A stretch of DNA of 64,000 bases from contig JBLDXI010000007.1 in NCBI GenBank assembly GCA_047495785.1, positions 3,782,001 through 3,846,000 of the forward strand. Direction: 5' to 3'. Position 1 is the first letter of the stretch; each line of letters begins with the position of its first letter. Below are positions 1-14,317 of the stretch, piece after piece. The position numbers were made by a program, and so were the translations under genes. The stretch comes from Lepidodermella squamata (lineage: Eukaryota > Animalia > Gastrotricha). The notes beneath the pieces were generated by a model. That model saw nothing but the letters and a program-made list of their open reading frames with translations, made no database searches and was not told where the DNA came from.

Positions 1-80
1 TTATCGATTATCGATCGATAACCAATCAATCAAAATACAAATGATCGAATCGGCACAGACATTTTATCGATAGAGAGACC
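1..80. repeat. ATCGAT-rich interspersed repeat end; inverted copy at ~56945-57055
   Basis: The reverse complement of 1-34 (tttgattgattggttatcgatcgataatcgataa) matches 56945-56978 with one mismatch. Confidence 0.7.
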
Positions 81-372
81 TAACCAAGAGAAATTTCGCA
101 TCATTTTTGATCAAATTATGGCAAAATCATTTTGTTTCAAATTACAGTTTGAACAGCCAAATTTCTTATTTCGGAAAAACGAAGAAAAATGAAAAATCAT
201 AGACTCCGTTAAAGCTTTTTTAATGCTAATAAAATACGCAGCTAAATTTACGCCGAAGTACCAGAAATTTCCTAAACGGAATAAGTTATTAAGTTTTCCA
301 AGTCTAAGCAATTAATAAAATCGAAAGTTAATTTCTAGAAATCAGGAAAAAATTTAGAAAAATAGTAAAAAT

Positions 373-3300
373 TTACCTGGAAGAATTTTTGCGCAGTTCA
401 TTAGTCAACGCGTCCTGGGTGCGTTCCAACTCAGCCTGAAGTCGATAATTCGCGGCCGACAGCTCATCACACTCGGCCAGCTTCTCGCGAATAACCTCTC
501 GCAATTCGGCGACATTCGCACTCAAACATGCGGCTTCATCCCTCGCCTGGCGACTGTCCGACTCCAACTTCTGCAAATGCCGCGTCGGAATCAGAGCGTC
601 AAACCTGGCCGCCAGGTGTTCAAACCACTGCGGCTCATCGTCCAGCGGCGATTCGGCCGCAAAATGCCGCGCAACGTCGTGAAAATTCACCTGACTGTTC
701 GCCTCCAAACAATCGATAAGTTCGAGCACGAACTTCAACCGAACCTGCGCGTTCCGCGTCGATTTCTGCGCTGAATTCAGCTGATTTTCGAGCTGAATCC
801 TCGCCGAAACGTGCTGGTCAACATCGGCGTGCATAGACGCGATCTGCTCGAGGTACCGCTGCGACTCGCGAACCACCTCCGAGTACGCCTCGGATTGGGC
901 TCGCTGCGAGGCGGCCATCTGCCGAGTCAGGGCCGAATTCGCCTCTTGTAACCTAGCAGCTTCCTCCGCCGCGAGTTCCAGCCGCGTTTTCAACGACCCA
1001 ACCTCACTTTCGAGCAGTTGCAGCGCCGCTCTCTCCGCCTGGGCTAGGCCGTGTTTCTGGGTGGCCTTGGGCGTTTCGACCTGGTGCGAGATGTTAGGAT
1101 GGCTCGGCTGCTTCTGCACGAGGTAGTGGTCCATTGACGCGAAGCTCGGCTGGCCTAGCCGGTCGAGTAGGCTCGGCTCAGACGACGAGAGATGCGCGGA
1201 GTTCGCCAGGAGATTTCCGCCCGGCTCCGCTAGCCCATACACCCCGTTTTGTAAGTCCCGCAAGTGGTGTTTCAACCTCGGTTTCCCCGATTTAGGCCCC
1301 TCTAGGAAGTCGATAACCGTCCGCCTCAGGTGGTCAGGGGCCTGTCTCGGGATTGAAAATTGACTCGCCTGGCTGGGGTTCGACCCGTTCAGGCATCTCT
1401 CCAGCGAATTCAGCCAGTCGTTTGCGACACTTTGCGACAGAGCTGCGAAGACGAGGGGCGGCGATCGCGGCGTTTCGAGGCTCACTGTGTAAAGTTGCCC
1501 GGCTTTGCCTGGGGTGAGGCGGATTTCTTGGCCGAACGACCGTTCGTCGACGATTTGCCGGTCGTCGGCGGACCGGTAGGCGGTGAGGCGGTATTGCGGC
1601 TGGTTGGCGTCGTTCTGGCCGGTCACGCTCAGTTCGAGCCAGCAGCGCGACCACGACGAGGCGGCGAGTGGGTTTTTGAGCAGGGTTTGCGACGACTGCG
1701 ACGCCTGTTTCAGCATCGCCCAGTCCGCTTTTAGCACTGTCACCGTTCGTATCGCACTCGGCCGCGGTTGTTGCTAGAAAAAAAAAATCGCAAAAATGTC
1801 ATTTCAATTTTCCTGAAAATCACGCTAAAAAATGGCAGCAAACTCCAATCGAAATTATGCGAAAGTAGCATTTTTGGTTGATTTTGGTAAATATGGATGA
1901 AGTAGTGTTCACTAAGTGATGATATGACCTGAATTTTAGTACCATTTCGACAATTTTTCGGATTTTTCTTTGATATTCAAAATCTGTTCCCCGCTAGGTG
2001 AATTATAGTTACCGCCTTTTTTCTTTTGTATGACCAAAAATGACAATAATAACTCCAAACAAATTGATGGTGAAATTCGAGGCTGTTTTCGAATTTTCGG
2101 CTGTAAACATAAGTCATTATTCTCAATGTTATCTTTTACCATTTGTCATAGATTTCAACTGAAATTACGATTGATTTCATCGATATTTTGAAGTTATCTG
2201 GGCATTTATTGATTTTACCTCAGATGCAAGCGGGATTTATAAGCTTTTCTAATTACAAAATGTCAGGAGACCTACAAATTAAGCAAATATTCAAATCTCT
2301 GCGGATAAAATGTTACGATTTCTCCCTATTCGACCTAATTGAGACCTAGCTTCAAGAGTTCGAAAGAGGAAAAATTAGAGGATAGAGTGAACAGTTCGGT
2401 CAAATAAAGTCTCTGAAATATCGATATTTATTCCTGTTGCATCCCACCACTACGGGATGGTCCATAATTTGACAAAATCTGGCCCAATTCACTAAAATTT
2501 CGACAAGCTTACCAAAAATTAAATTAAAGAAATTCTAAAAAATTCCAATCCAAGTCATGGGAGCGGAAGTAAAATTGGAAAAAATTCACAAAAATATCGA
2601 TAAAATAAATTCTAGCGTTCTTGAACTTCATTTTGAACTTTTTTCAGGTCGGGATTCAAAAAAATGTAGAATCTACCTGTTGCTGCTGAAATTGTTGTTG
2701 AGGTTGCTGTTGTTGCTGCTGTTGAAATTGTTGATTTTGAGCCGACGGAACAGGACCGCGACTAGGCGCCGGTGCAGCGACCAGCAGCTGCAACCTGCGC
2801 ATCCAATTGTCATTACTCGCCTTTTTGCCCTGACCCTGTTGCTGGATAACGCCCGGCTGGCCACTGCTCGAATCAGCTATCGAGTAGTAATTACTATCAT
2901 GTTGCTGTTGCTGTTGCTGCTGCAACTGCTCAGCCGCCGCGTTATTCAACACCGCAGTCGTGAAGCTATCCGACCGCCGAGGCGACCCTGAGCCGTGTTG
3001 CGGATGGCTCGATTGATGCACCAGTCTAGGCTGGTGCTGTTGCTGTGGCTGCTGGATCCCGCTCGACGGGTGCAGGGGCAGGCAGTTCGACGACCCGCCT
3101 GAGCTGTTGTTATTCTGCGGTTCTGGTTGACTTTGCTGTTGTTGTTGGCGGTGTTGCTGAAACGAATGAGCGAGTGTTGAGCCGATGCTTTGCCGGCCCG
3201 GCTGTTGAGTGGTCATCGAAGATTGGCCTGCGGTTTGCTGTTGTTGTTGGTGAGGTGGATGTGGTGATCCGCCGCCTCCGCCTGGGTACGGCGAGTCGCG

Positions 3301-5440
3301 TAAAATTATACCGGAAGATGTAGTTGCATGATATTCTTGTTGGCTTGGGCTAAATCGTAAAAGAAAAAACATTTATCAGCAAAATGTTCAAAAAATTTAT
3401 GAAATTATTACAAACAGCATTGTTTTTAAACGGTAAATCAAATAATTGATGAAAATAACGTGAAATTATCACAAATTCTTCACAGAACTTCTTTTCGAGG
3501 AACAAAATTCAAACGCAAACTAAGCAAAAGTGTTATTTTTAAAGATTTCTTCCTATATTATGGCTATATTATGGCACGGAATTAATGTGAATTTTTTCAA
3601 ATAATTCATGAAATTTCCAGAAAATTCATAAGGCATTTTGTCAAATTAATTCTTAAAATTGTGTTTCCACGCTTCTCTTAACAATTCAAGGCTTGATTTC
3701 GTGGACCTGAATGGATAATAAATATTTGCGGCCGAAATATTCAAATGATCGAAAACGAGGAGAAACATAGAACATAGATAGGGACCAAAACGCGTACGGC
3801 GCCCTTCTCCTTGTTTTCATGCCTTTCTCGGCCTTTAATGCGTTAAATTTTGCAATCGATACTATTATTTGCATTTTTCCTACTTGACTATTTACAACAA
3901 GAGTTATAAACCGAGCATCGATTGCCAAAATCAGTCATAAATTGTTGGTAAATAGTAAATAATAGAAAAAAATAAGGCGCTATCATGCAAAAGAGAGAAT
4001 CGCAAAAATATATGAGCATTGGTCATTAACCCCCTAGGCATATCTTCTTATTAGGGCACATGGACCTCAAGAGCTCTTGTTAACCCAATTTTACAGAGCG
4101 CTGCATCGAAGACGCTCTAATGCAACGGCCTAGCGTTTATTTCGGTTGTTTGACCTAGGTTATATTCAGCCTGCTCTAATTTAATAATCCAATTATAAAA
4201 AAACAAGCGAAAAAATGAGCAACAAACATTTCACATTTTTGCGCAAAATTATTGGGAATTATTTCAATTTTTTTCAAGAATTCCATGAAAACATCATAAA
4301 CACAAAATAAAAATAAAGCCGGACAAAATTCGTCGCGGTTTGAAAAATTGAAAAATTCAACCAAATCGCAAACAAAAATAATTGATATTAGCAAAATTGG
4401 GCGGCAATCGAAAATAAAGCGTAGCATGTATAAAATTTACTGGTATGAACTCAATACGCGCCACGGGCTGTTATTAGACCAGCAGTTGTGAGTAAATAAA
4501 AACAAAAATATCAAATTTCTACTATTACAATGAACATGGCTACACATATCTATAAATTAATTTAATTTCCATCAATTTACCCAGCAGCAGATCTCGACTT
4601 GCCACCAGCACTTTGGTCCAGCTGCCCTAGCGTATCGAATTCCGCCTCGCCAAAACTCAGCGGCCTTTGCTGTTGCTGCTGCTGCTGCGTAGGCAACGCG
4701 GCTGGCAGCAATAATCGGACGCGTTTCGACGCGCGTTGCAGCATCGCGGCTGGGCCGTTGTTGAAAAATTCGGCGAGCAGCGCGAACCAGCGCTTCGTCT
4801 CTGTCTGGTTGCCGGCTCGGAAGAAGCACGTCCGGTTTGAAAAACCGAGGCAGAACGCGTCGTCTGTCATGTTTATTGCTAGGCATTGCTTCAAATCGAG
4901 ACTTTCTAATATTGGCACCGTAGGCTGAAATAAAATTAAATCATTAAAAATCGTAAATTCACCAAAAATCATAGAAAATTAGTAAAATAATTATCAATGA
5001 AATTTCACTTTATTAGCGTCTAAAATTTTGTTTTTAAATATTAAAAATTGAGTTAGTCAATTCAAGTACCAAAAAATATTTCAAATTCATAAAATTAGAA
5101 AAGAATTAGAAAATGCGTAATTTTGGGACATTTTGGGAATTTTTAATTTAAATCTACTTACATCAGCACTCAGACCACAAATTAGCTCGCCATCCGTATA
5201 CAGCGTAAAAAATCTCGACCGCCAACGCTAAATCGAAAAAATAATTTTTTTTAATTTTTCAAATTTTCAAATTTTTTTAAAACTGACTTCTCGCTCGCCG
5301 GCACTGACCGTACTCATGTACATCTCGCCCTGTTTCACAACCTGTTTCGCCTTGTTACTGCTGCTGGCGCTGTTCGGCGACGAACTGGCGTACGGGTAGT
5401 CGCCGCCGCCGTGCTCACCCTGCCCACCTGGCTCCGTCAT
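373..5440 (-). CDS. Multi-exon tandem-PH-domain and coiled-coil protein, MPRIP/TRIOBP/outspread-like; 3' end probably outside the window
   Basis: ATG at 5440 (MTEPGGQG...KQVVKQGEMYM). Next exons read RWRSRFFTLYTDGELICGLSAD (~5228-5161) and PTVPILESLDLKQC...CFFRAGNQTETKRWFALLAEFF (from ~4924), resembling M-RIP PH1 (WQRRFFILYEHG...HFIRAETKEIVSGWLEML). A Q/S-rich exon follows (~3350-2676). Exon 1773-377 has a second PH-like domain (VLKADWAMLKQ...WSRCWLEL...LTAYRS...FAALSQSVANDWLNSLERC) and long heptad coiled coil. The ORF stop at 373 overlaps a donor-like AG|GTAAAT. Confidence 0.7.
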
Positions 5441-6052
5441 GGTCGTCGAATTCGCAGCCCAGGCAACGCGCCTCCGATGGCTGGTGAATTCCGCATCGTT
5501 GAAATCAGCGGCCGAGCCGGCCAGATTGCAGCGATGTCAGGCGCATGCGTGCAAGATCTTTCGGCTGAAAGCTGACACGGCTATTATATGCACCACTCTT
5601 CAACGTTAAACCAAACAATAAAAAAATAGCCTATCAAATGCAAAAGAGAACAAACAGTTAAATCGAAAGAAAAATAGCAAAATATCGCTGCAAAATATAT
5701 AGCTAAAAATTGGTCTTAAATTTGGAAAAAAAATATTTGGCTAGAAGTAAGGAAAACCACAGTCAAATTAAAGGTAGGTATAAATTCTTATTTTTCTAAA
5801 ATAAATTTAATAATGATCTCAATATTTGCTCCGTTAAAATTGAGTCCTAACAGTAAATTCATTCCTCGCGATTTCGGATTTCGAATTTCGACTCGAATCG
5901 GATTTAAAGATAACGATTCATTGCATTTTCGGCTTTTTCGTTTGACGATCGATACTGAAGCCCTCCTTAAACCTGGGTATCTCATTTTAACTGAATGCTG
6001 CCCTAAGGTATGTAGGAAAAGTGTCGCTGATGGATTCCAAGACGTAATATCT

Positions 6053-9015
6053 GGAAAATCGCTGATTTGTAAAATCGATATTTGGAATCGATAACGGCCA
6101 AACAGGGTGAAGGTCAATTCAGCAGCGCAAAATACGGTTAACAAGGAGGTTTACCACCTAGCCATGCTAAAAAATTGATTATAGAGAGGACGTGAAATTT
6201 GAAAAAATCATATTTGTGAGAAATTTAGGGTTTGCACTCAACACGCCAAAAAATTGGAAAAAAACACCCAAAAGATACCCTACAAATTATAAGAATAACC
6301 ATCAATGTTTATGATAAACACAATTAACGGAGAAAATAGGAAATTGGAACTCTTAAGAAATTGACAAACAATTGAGACATCCAAACACCTTTTTGAGATA
6401 AATTAGCACTTAAATTGGCCTGAAATCAATTCGCTCAAAAATGCGACCTCGCAACACGTTAAAACCGAGCCATGCGCGATTTATATAGCCCAAGATGACT
6501 TATATGCATAAGATGAAATAAAAACTTGGTAGAAAAAATAACAATAAAAAAACTCGAATTACGCCGGAGCATAAATTGGTAGTAGCAGTAATTGCCGCGC
6601 GGCAAGTCATTCGAGCCAATTTGCGACGCTGTTTCTGCCGATTAATGGGCTGCGGAAGCGGCCGCGCCGCGACGCCGGCAATTACGCGGCGATGGCCATT
6701 AGCCGGCCCAGCGCGCGCTTCTTCTGCTGCTGCTCATCAAATTGTTGCGGCTGTTCGTCTTCTTCCAAATTTTATTCCTATAAACTATATATATACCAAA
6801 AAGGCAGCACCCAATTGCAAATTGGTCTCATCTCATGTCAAACCGCGGCTCTGATGTGAGATTATAAGGGTAGGGTGGTCCCTGGCCGGTCACGGTTATC
6901 AGCCGTGCACCAAATGAGGATGTGCAGAGGCACCAAAAGCGACGCCTTAAATGTATTGCCAGTGCATTATTAAAATGAATTGAATAATTAGTTCTAATAA
7001 ACTGGCGTCAAGTATTCAATTTTCGATAACATTTATGAATACTTCCAGGCGGCAAATATCTAAAATTATAGAAGCGAGATCAAGCAATAGATAAAGAAAA
7101 GTCTAGAAAATATATGAAGGAAAAATTCTCCAGGAACATTTCGAATCCATTTTTTGTATGATATCTGAACGATAGAGCTCACAGCTAAGCATATTTTGCG
7201 CTATCAGCGGGGAGTTTACGATTTCTACTTCAGCCTTCAGAGCCGTTATCGAATTCTGGTATCGATTTCAGAGACCAGTGATTTCTCCTATAACAGCTGT
7301 CTAAGTATCGCTCTATGTCTATATAAGGGTATCAGGTAGCTAAAAATGGCCTATTTCGGACCATTAGCGATTATATAATAATTAAGAAGGGATAAGGTCG
7401 AAAGATAATTGGAACACGTAAATATTTCGGCCAGATAAAAAAATCAGAGTTTCAATCATAAAATCTCAAACTGGAACAACAGCCAAAAACACTTTCGAAG
7501 AAGTGATGTTAAGAGTCTGCCTAAAAAGGGTCCAGCAACACCAAACCATTAGAAAAATGGCTGAAATCTGAACCCCATGGAAATATAGTTAAATAATTTA
7601 GAATAATCTTGGAAGAATTCATAGACGCTCAAAAATTATATTTTGATGAGAGCTGAAAGCTGATAAGCGATAAATCATTATTTAGATGATAGCGAAAATA
7701 GCAGACATGAAAGTTAAATTTTCAGGAGTTTGACCTTTAAAATGTTCTGATAGGTAAAAAAAATTTTACTCGAATTAAAAAATGAGTCTGGCTGAGATTT
7801 ACTTCAAATTCCGGTTCCGCAAATTTGTGTAGAAAAATATGTTGATAATTTTTGTGGAGAATTTTTTGTCGTAAAAAGGTATGGCAAGCATTTGAACTAA
7901 ATTGCTTCATATAACCTAATATTGCTTTCGTGACTTTCCACAATGAGCGCGTAGTTCATAAACGCAACTCATTGAGAAGACCGCAGCGAATTAAATTTGG
8001 TGATGAAGAGCGAAGAGCGAAGAAAAAGAAGAAGATGAAGTAAAAGGGCGCGCCGCTAATTTGTGCGAACAAGCTTTGACCAGGCCCATAAACACACACA
8101 CCTAAATGTATCTATCTATGCAGCAGGGCGAGATTTGGCTGATGCGCCTTACACGTACACGGTAAGGTAAGACGCCGCTTTGTTGACAATAATAGCTATA
8201 TTTTATCGCCATTGTTGTTGTTGTTGATGCGCCTTTTTGTTTCGCGCCCACCCCGCCCGCACCGCGCCGCCCATTAATTTAGCGACAGCGGTGGCAATCA
8301 TAATTTCATTTTTGTATTATAATAATAATAATTCGGGATTAAAAAACCGCAACGAAACGCCGATCGATGATAAAGCTATTGTGAATTATAGACAGGTATT
8401 GTAAAATGAAATGCTTTTTGCTACAACCAACAGCCAGCAAGCCGCACGTGGGGCTTGACCCACCAGGGACACGGCACATAATGAAATGCTGCGAGCGAGT
8501 GCATGATGTTGGATGGGGCGTAATTATGTGAACTTTTTTGCCGCCCTGTTTTCCGACTGATTCTTTTTTCGGAATATTGCCGGGTACAATCAAGTGCTAA
8601 TCGGCGGGTCGATTTAGTCTGAAGCTATTGATTTGAAATTTAATAAAATCGTGGACTGAACCATTGAAAATAAAATTTTCTCAAATTAATTACTGGCCAT
8701 ACAATTAAAGGAACCAAATTTAGCCGAAATAGGAGCCACATTTTAAATAATTAATCTGCCCAGACATGCATTTTCAAAATTTGTGTGTCAACTCCTCGCC
8801 CTAAACTTAAGGTTTCAGCGCTATACTTCCTTAAAACATGGGTTCAAGAGTTTTACGTAATCACTAAAATCTCGATTTTTTTATGATGCCTAGCCGATAG
8901 ATCTCCCTATTTTATGCTTATTTTGGGCTATTGGCGGTAAGCTTACGTCTTATAATTCAGCCTGTAGGGCCAATATCGATTCCAAGTATCGATTTTAAAA
9001 ATCATTGATTTTTCC
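6053..9015. repeat. Old ~60-bp interspersed repeat: copies at 6053-6112 (-), 7228-7288 (+), 8955-9015 (+) and 53917-53963 (+)
   Basis: Shared core GCCnnTATCGATTCCAAnTATCGATTTTAnAAATCAnnGATTTT, aligned by eye. Confidence 0.6.
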
Positions 9016-12000
9016 GATACTAACCATCTTGGAGCCCAACATCCATAGCTTTTCTACTTAGCTTGGGGCTCAAGTAGAAATCGAAAAATTGAGTGCCATG
9101 ACGCTTAGTGCCGGAACCTTATTTTTAGAGGTTAAAATATTTAGACCCAATTTGAAGCAAATAATTACTAAACAAAATTCTATATTGGCTTTGAAAAGGT
9201 GTTTTTAAGATGTTAATTTTCGTATAAAAATTTAAAATGAAGCTGAAATTAGAAAAAATGACTAGGTATTTTTTGTCGTAAATAGCCTCGACTCTGAATT
9301 AAATTAATTCTTCCGTAGCACGATTTGAAAGAAAACTGTATAAATAGGTAAAAATATAACCTGTCTTGGGTCAATACCGAGCGTAATTATTGCGTTAAAA
9401 ATGAAAGGGCGATTAGGCAGGGTGCGAGAGATTTGCACCGATTATTTCTCATTTCATGAATATACAACATTAAGCATAAAGATCAGTTTCCTTCTACACA
9501 TTCATAGCCTCTAAATAAACACTGTATACGAGTATTATTACATGCGGTGGCTTTTTGACCATGCGACAAAATGACAACGACGAAGCCATGGCGGCGATTC
9601 TTTGACTCAAGATAGTAGCCAAGTGGGCCTACGATGAGCAGCACACGAGGACTCTATTATACGCGAAAATTCAAGCCGCCGCGCCTCGATGACCTGCTAA
9701 TTACTCGTATAACGATCGATGCGTGAAATATACGCCAGTTTTTTTTGCTTTGCCATTGCCAGCCGCCTCGGCATTACAAAATGCGTAAATATTTTACCGC
9801 GCGCGCGCGCATGGTCTAATGCGATTTTTGCAATACAATATATTTACGCTATTTTTATTATTTGCTGTATAAGTATAGACAAGTAAAAAAATCACAGAAG
9901 AAGCGAACGTTGCCGGGATTTCTTCCACAGGTAAAATCGGGATGTTCCTGCTGATTTTTTTCATAACAGAATGCTCAAACAGCAATTGTGTTAACAGGTC
10001 TAAAAATATCAGATTTTATCGCAAATTCAAGAAAATATAAGAAAGTTCGTATTTTATAAAAGCCAATCTAACGACATTTTCATTTCATAAAAAATTGAAT
10101 TCGCTGTCAAATTCATATCAGAGTTTTGAAAATAGCTTTTTTGTTTGATATCTACTATATGGAAAAATTCAGGACAGAGTCTGCCCTTCCAGCGATGAAA
10201 AAATTCAAAAATGTCGGTGATGAGTCATCAAGAATAATCTAAATACTGCTTGAATAAAAATCCGTTTTCGACAATTGAGCAACGAAAAAAGAGCAGAAGA
10301 TAGGGGAGAGAAAGTTAAAAAGAAACCGACAAAAGAGCAAAACTATATGTTCCTTTAGCCATCTTTCATCGTAATTTTTCCGCAATTAAAAAATGAATAA
10401 AACCAACCTGGTCCATCTTAATGAAGTAAAATTTAAAAATTTGAAAAAATTTAAAATTTCGAGAGAAAAAGCCCATTTTCATGAGATAGTATTAAAATTT
10501 AAAGATTTAGCAATAAAACCAGCGGTAGAATTAATTTCCTGAAATTTCAACAAAATCTACAAAGCCCTTTTAGGATTCCTACACATTCCTCGCACTAAAT
10601 CAACATCATCAGTTGAAATAATTTCCTGAAATATCAATTAACAAGCCGTGTATCAAACGATTCCCGCTTACGACCAATAATCAGCTTTAAAAATTTAAAG
10701 AGAAAGCTATTTCTAGAAACAAATAAATTGGGCGATGAAACAGGTCGGGCCAAGAACTAATGGGGCCGAGATTCAAATGTAGACATTTTTCCACTCCTCT
10801 TTAAAAATTGATCTGTTCGAATGAATAAAAAAAACGCGAAATAAGATCATTGAGAATTATAACTAAAAAGGTGAGCTCGCAAGTATTTCCTTAGAAAAAT
10901 TCTGGATTTTTTGTTTAATACTGGTTTTCGCGAAATAATGAAAGCTGATAACTATAAACAATCGCCAGCGATTATGCATGTCAGGCGATTTTTTCGCTTG
11001 TAGTCATAGGCTAAGCATATAATGCCGAGCAGGCAGCCAGCCAGCCAATGGTTGGTATTTTCTCATTCGGCCGCGCGCGCATGCTAATATTCAACACGGC
11101 GGTGATGATGAGTAAGTAAGCGACATCCGGCCGTAGTAATAACAACAATAATGACACTGGTCGCGGCAAAAATTCGACTGCTGATTGACTGACCGACTAC
11201 TGTGCGCGAACGAAAATACGGCCGGCCCGTTTACAACTACTACAACAGGCCGAGTTGTGTTGTTTTGGCAGTGCCATAAATCGACTGGCATAGTGGCAGC
11301 GGCGTTAATCGATTGAGTCTTATCTATGATGTAGTAATTTCGCATTCAAATCACCCTATCGTGCGATCGCGGCAATGACATTTGCCAGTCGTATAATGGC
11401 ATTATCATGCGGCTTCGTGCTGCTGCGGCCGTACCATCACCATTCTACTACGACTACTATCTTCTCACATGCGAATGAGATGATGATGGGCATTGCGGCA
11501 TCCGCGGCGAAAAAAAATTCAACTGGTAAATGGTGTTTGTACAACGCGATAAGGGCCTATGAATTATTGACTGCCGCGGAAGTTATATCGAGCTCATTCG
11601 CATTAATTTTTTATAGCAGATACTGTACATATACGTACTATACTACGATGATTTTATTGGCTGAGACGGTTTGACATATCGTAGTTTGCTAGGGAACACC
11701 CAAAACACTCGACGCAATTGGCCTTTTAACACAACATCGTCGAATGTTTTTCAATTGAATTAAATCAAATTCTAGATAATCATCTCGGTATAGATTATAA
11801 TCCATGCCGATTGATTTTTCGAGGAAATTTTTCGACTGAAATGAATTTTGGGACTGAATTTACAAAATTTCATGGCAGATCTACACGGAATCAATTAAGA
11901 AAAAACTACAAAATATCTCTTGATGCGACCACATTTTGAAAGTTGTGCACCAAAAAAATGTTGACCAAATTTGGGTATTTCTTTTAGTGGAACCAAATTT

Positions 12001-14317
12001 GAGGGAGAGCAGAACCTTATTTTGACCGTTCGGTTCGTCCGATATTGTTCTTTCCGAATTGTTCTGTATTTTTCATGTTTTATTATAAAAAAAAGAACAT
12101 TGTTTAGCGGAACTACATTTCAAAACTTGGCGCCAAGCGCAAACTTATAAAAATTGTACATAATTTTCGAAAAAGAATTTTAGATCACGACTGCTTCGCG
12201 TTCTAAAACAAAGCCTTAACATAAAAATCACGGAGAATTTCAACGTAATAATTTATTTGGATTTTTATGATGATGAAATTTCAGAAAATTCAGAAAAGGC
12301 ATTTTTCGGCGAATCAATCAGTTATTCAAAATTTGGTTCCACAACAAGAAATTTTGAAATTTTCCACAACTACGAGCAAGACCGTAAAAATCCAAATAGA
12401 TTGCCCATAGGTAACGCTGCGAAGAATGGATTTAAAACTGAAGATATTGCGAAATACGTGATTTTTCTCGAGTACGGACGAAGTCTCAAGTTACAGGGTA
12501 TGTATGAACCATAGAAAACCGCCAAAAGGGTTCGCAAAGCTTATTAGAACTGGTAGTAATGAGTGAAATTGTTAAGTCAAACTGAAAAATCGAATGAATT
12601 ATGAAAATTTGACAAAAATCATGAAAAATTCCGGGAGATTCCGGATCCGTTATTTTTGACAGATGCTTCGGAACTAATATTTCGAAGTCGAAAGACGAAA
12701 ATTTAAGAATCTAGCTTGGGAATGGAGCTGAACGAAACTTCCGCTACTACTCGAAATGTCCCATATTTTTGAAAGGCAATAGGAGCGACCCATCAGCTGC
12801 GCCATTGCTGGCAAGGCGTGACGCGGCGAAAAGAAACCTGAATCGAGGCCATCGCGTTAAAAAAGGGCACCACTCTTGCTGCATATGTTTGTTCAACGGG
12901 GCATTATTATATCAACTGGTGGGCCTACTGGCGGCGCGAAGAGCCTCATCTCGCCTGCTATATTGACCGCCCTATAGGATATAGGATATATCAAAGGTAA
13001 GGTAATACCCCACTGCTGGTTGCTCTCTTTACCTACTCTTTTTATTGTTATTATTTATTGGCTGATGCTCGAGCGGCGTTGCAACGGGCCATAACACACA
13101 GAGCACACCGGCGCAATGTAAAGATGGACACAATATATAGTAGTAGTAGTAGGAACAAAACGCTAGTCTGAAAAATCACATAGCAACAACAACAACAACA
13201 ATAACAAAAGCGCCATTTGCTTAAGTGATTGCTCTCTCACTCACTCACTCGCTCACTCGCCGCACACGTGTAACAAATGTTGGTCTGGGTGGGGTCGAAT
13301 GGTGTGCAGTAAATTGACTGATGAGGCGCAAGTTTTTTGCCCCCGCGTGAAAACACCTAGTGCGATGTAATGCGGGCGGCTATCACAGGTGCTTAGTTCT
13401 GGTCCTGATTTACAACTTCTTTATCTCAACACAACGTATTGCTGGTAGTAATAGCAGTAGTAGTAGTTGTGGGGAAAAGACTGATCGTAGATAACACAGG
13501 GCTGTGTTTATTAATTGACTACTATCGCAACCACTACATGAGGATTTATTCTTCTACGTGTTTATTTGTTCGATTTTCAAGGCAACTTTTTATCTAGAAC
13601 GATTTATGAAGCAAATTTTTGCAGGCGGATAACAAGCGAGTACAGTCCATGCATAATATACAACGATTTTCCAACCTGTTATCCAAAAAATGTTGAAAAA
13701 ACTAGTCGAAAATATTATTCTTTCACTCGCGAATTTTAGAACAAATATTTGTCCGTATTTATCACGAATTTATTGTCATATTTGGAAAACAAAGATGAAT
13801 TGAGGATGAACCGAAAGAAAAAATTAAACATGACGATAACAGATTGAATCGGATAACTTGGTCGAACTAGATGATAGGACCCGAACAGAAATGTGAAATT
13901 TGTGTTTCATAGAATAACTCATCACCTTAGGTATTAAAAGAATTCATTGATGCTTCTCAAACTCTTAGCCGATCGAAAATGAAACCTGATTTTGACAGAA
14001 GCCGGGCCTCTTCTGCCTGGTCTCTAACAGCTTGTCGGTTATTTCTTCACATACTTCAATAACACGAAAATTTCTCTTGAATTGCGAATCATGGCACTGG
14101 CTCAAATTTTCATTAGTCTAGCATCTAGAATCGGTTTGACAAAATTCGATCAAAATTCACTAAAAAATAGCTTGCGTTTATTAATTTCCTTTCATTTTTA
14201 CATCGTTAGATACGGCACTTTATTCGTGAAGACAATCGATGATTTGACGTAATAAGCAACAACAATTACATTTATAGAAGAGGAAGAAATATTTTGGTTC
14301 GAAATGCGCTTTTGATT

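Noticed and set aside
2676-3351. CAG/CAA tracts as a stand-alone repeat feature or a separate gene
   Set aside because: They form a low-complexity polyQ exon between the two PH domains of the minus-strand gene.
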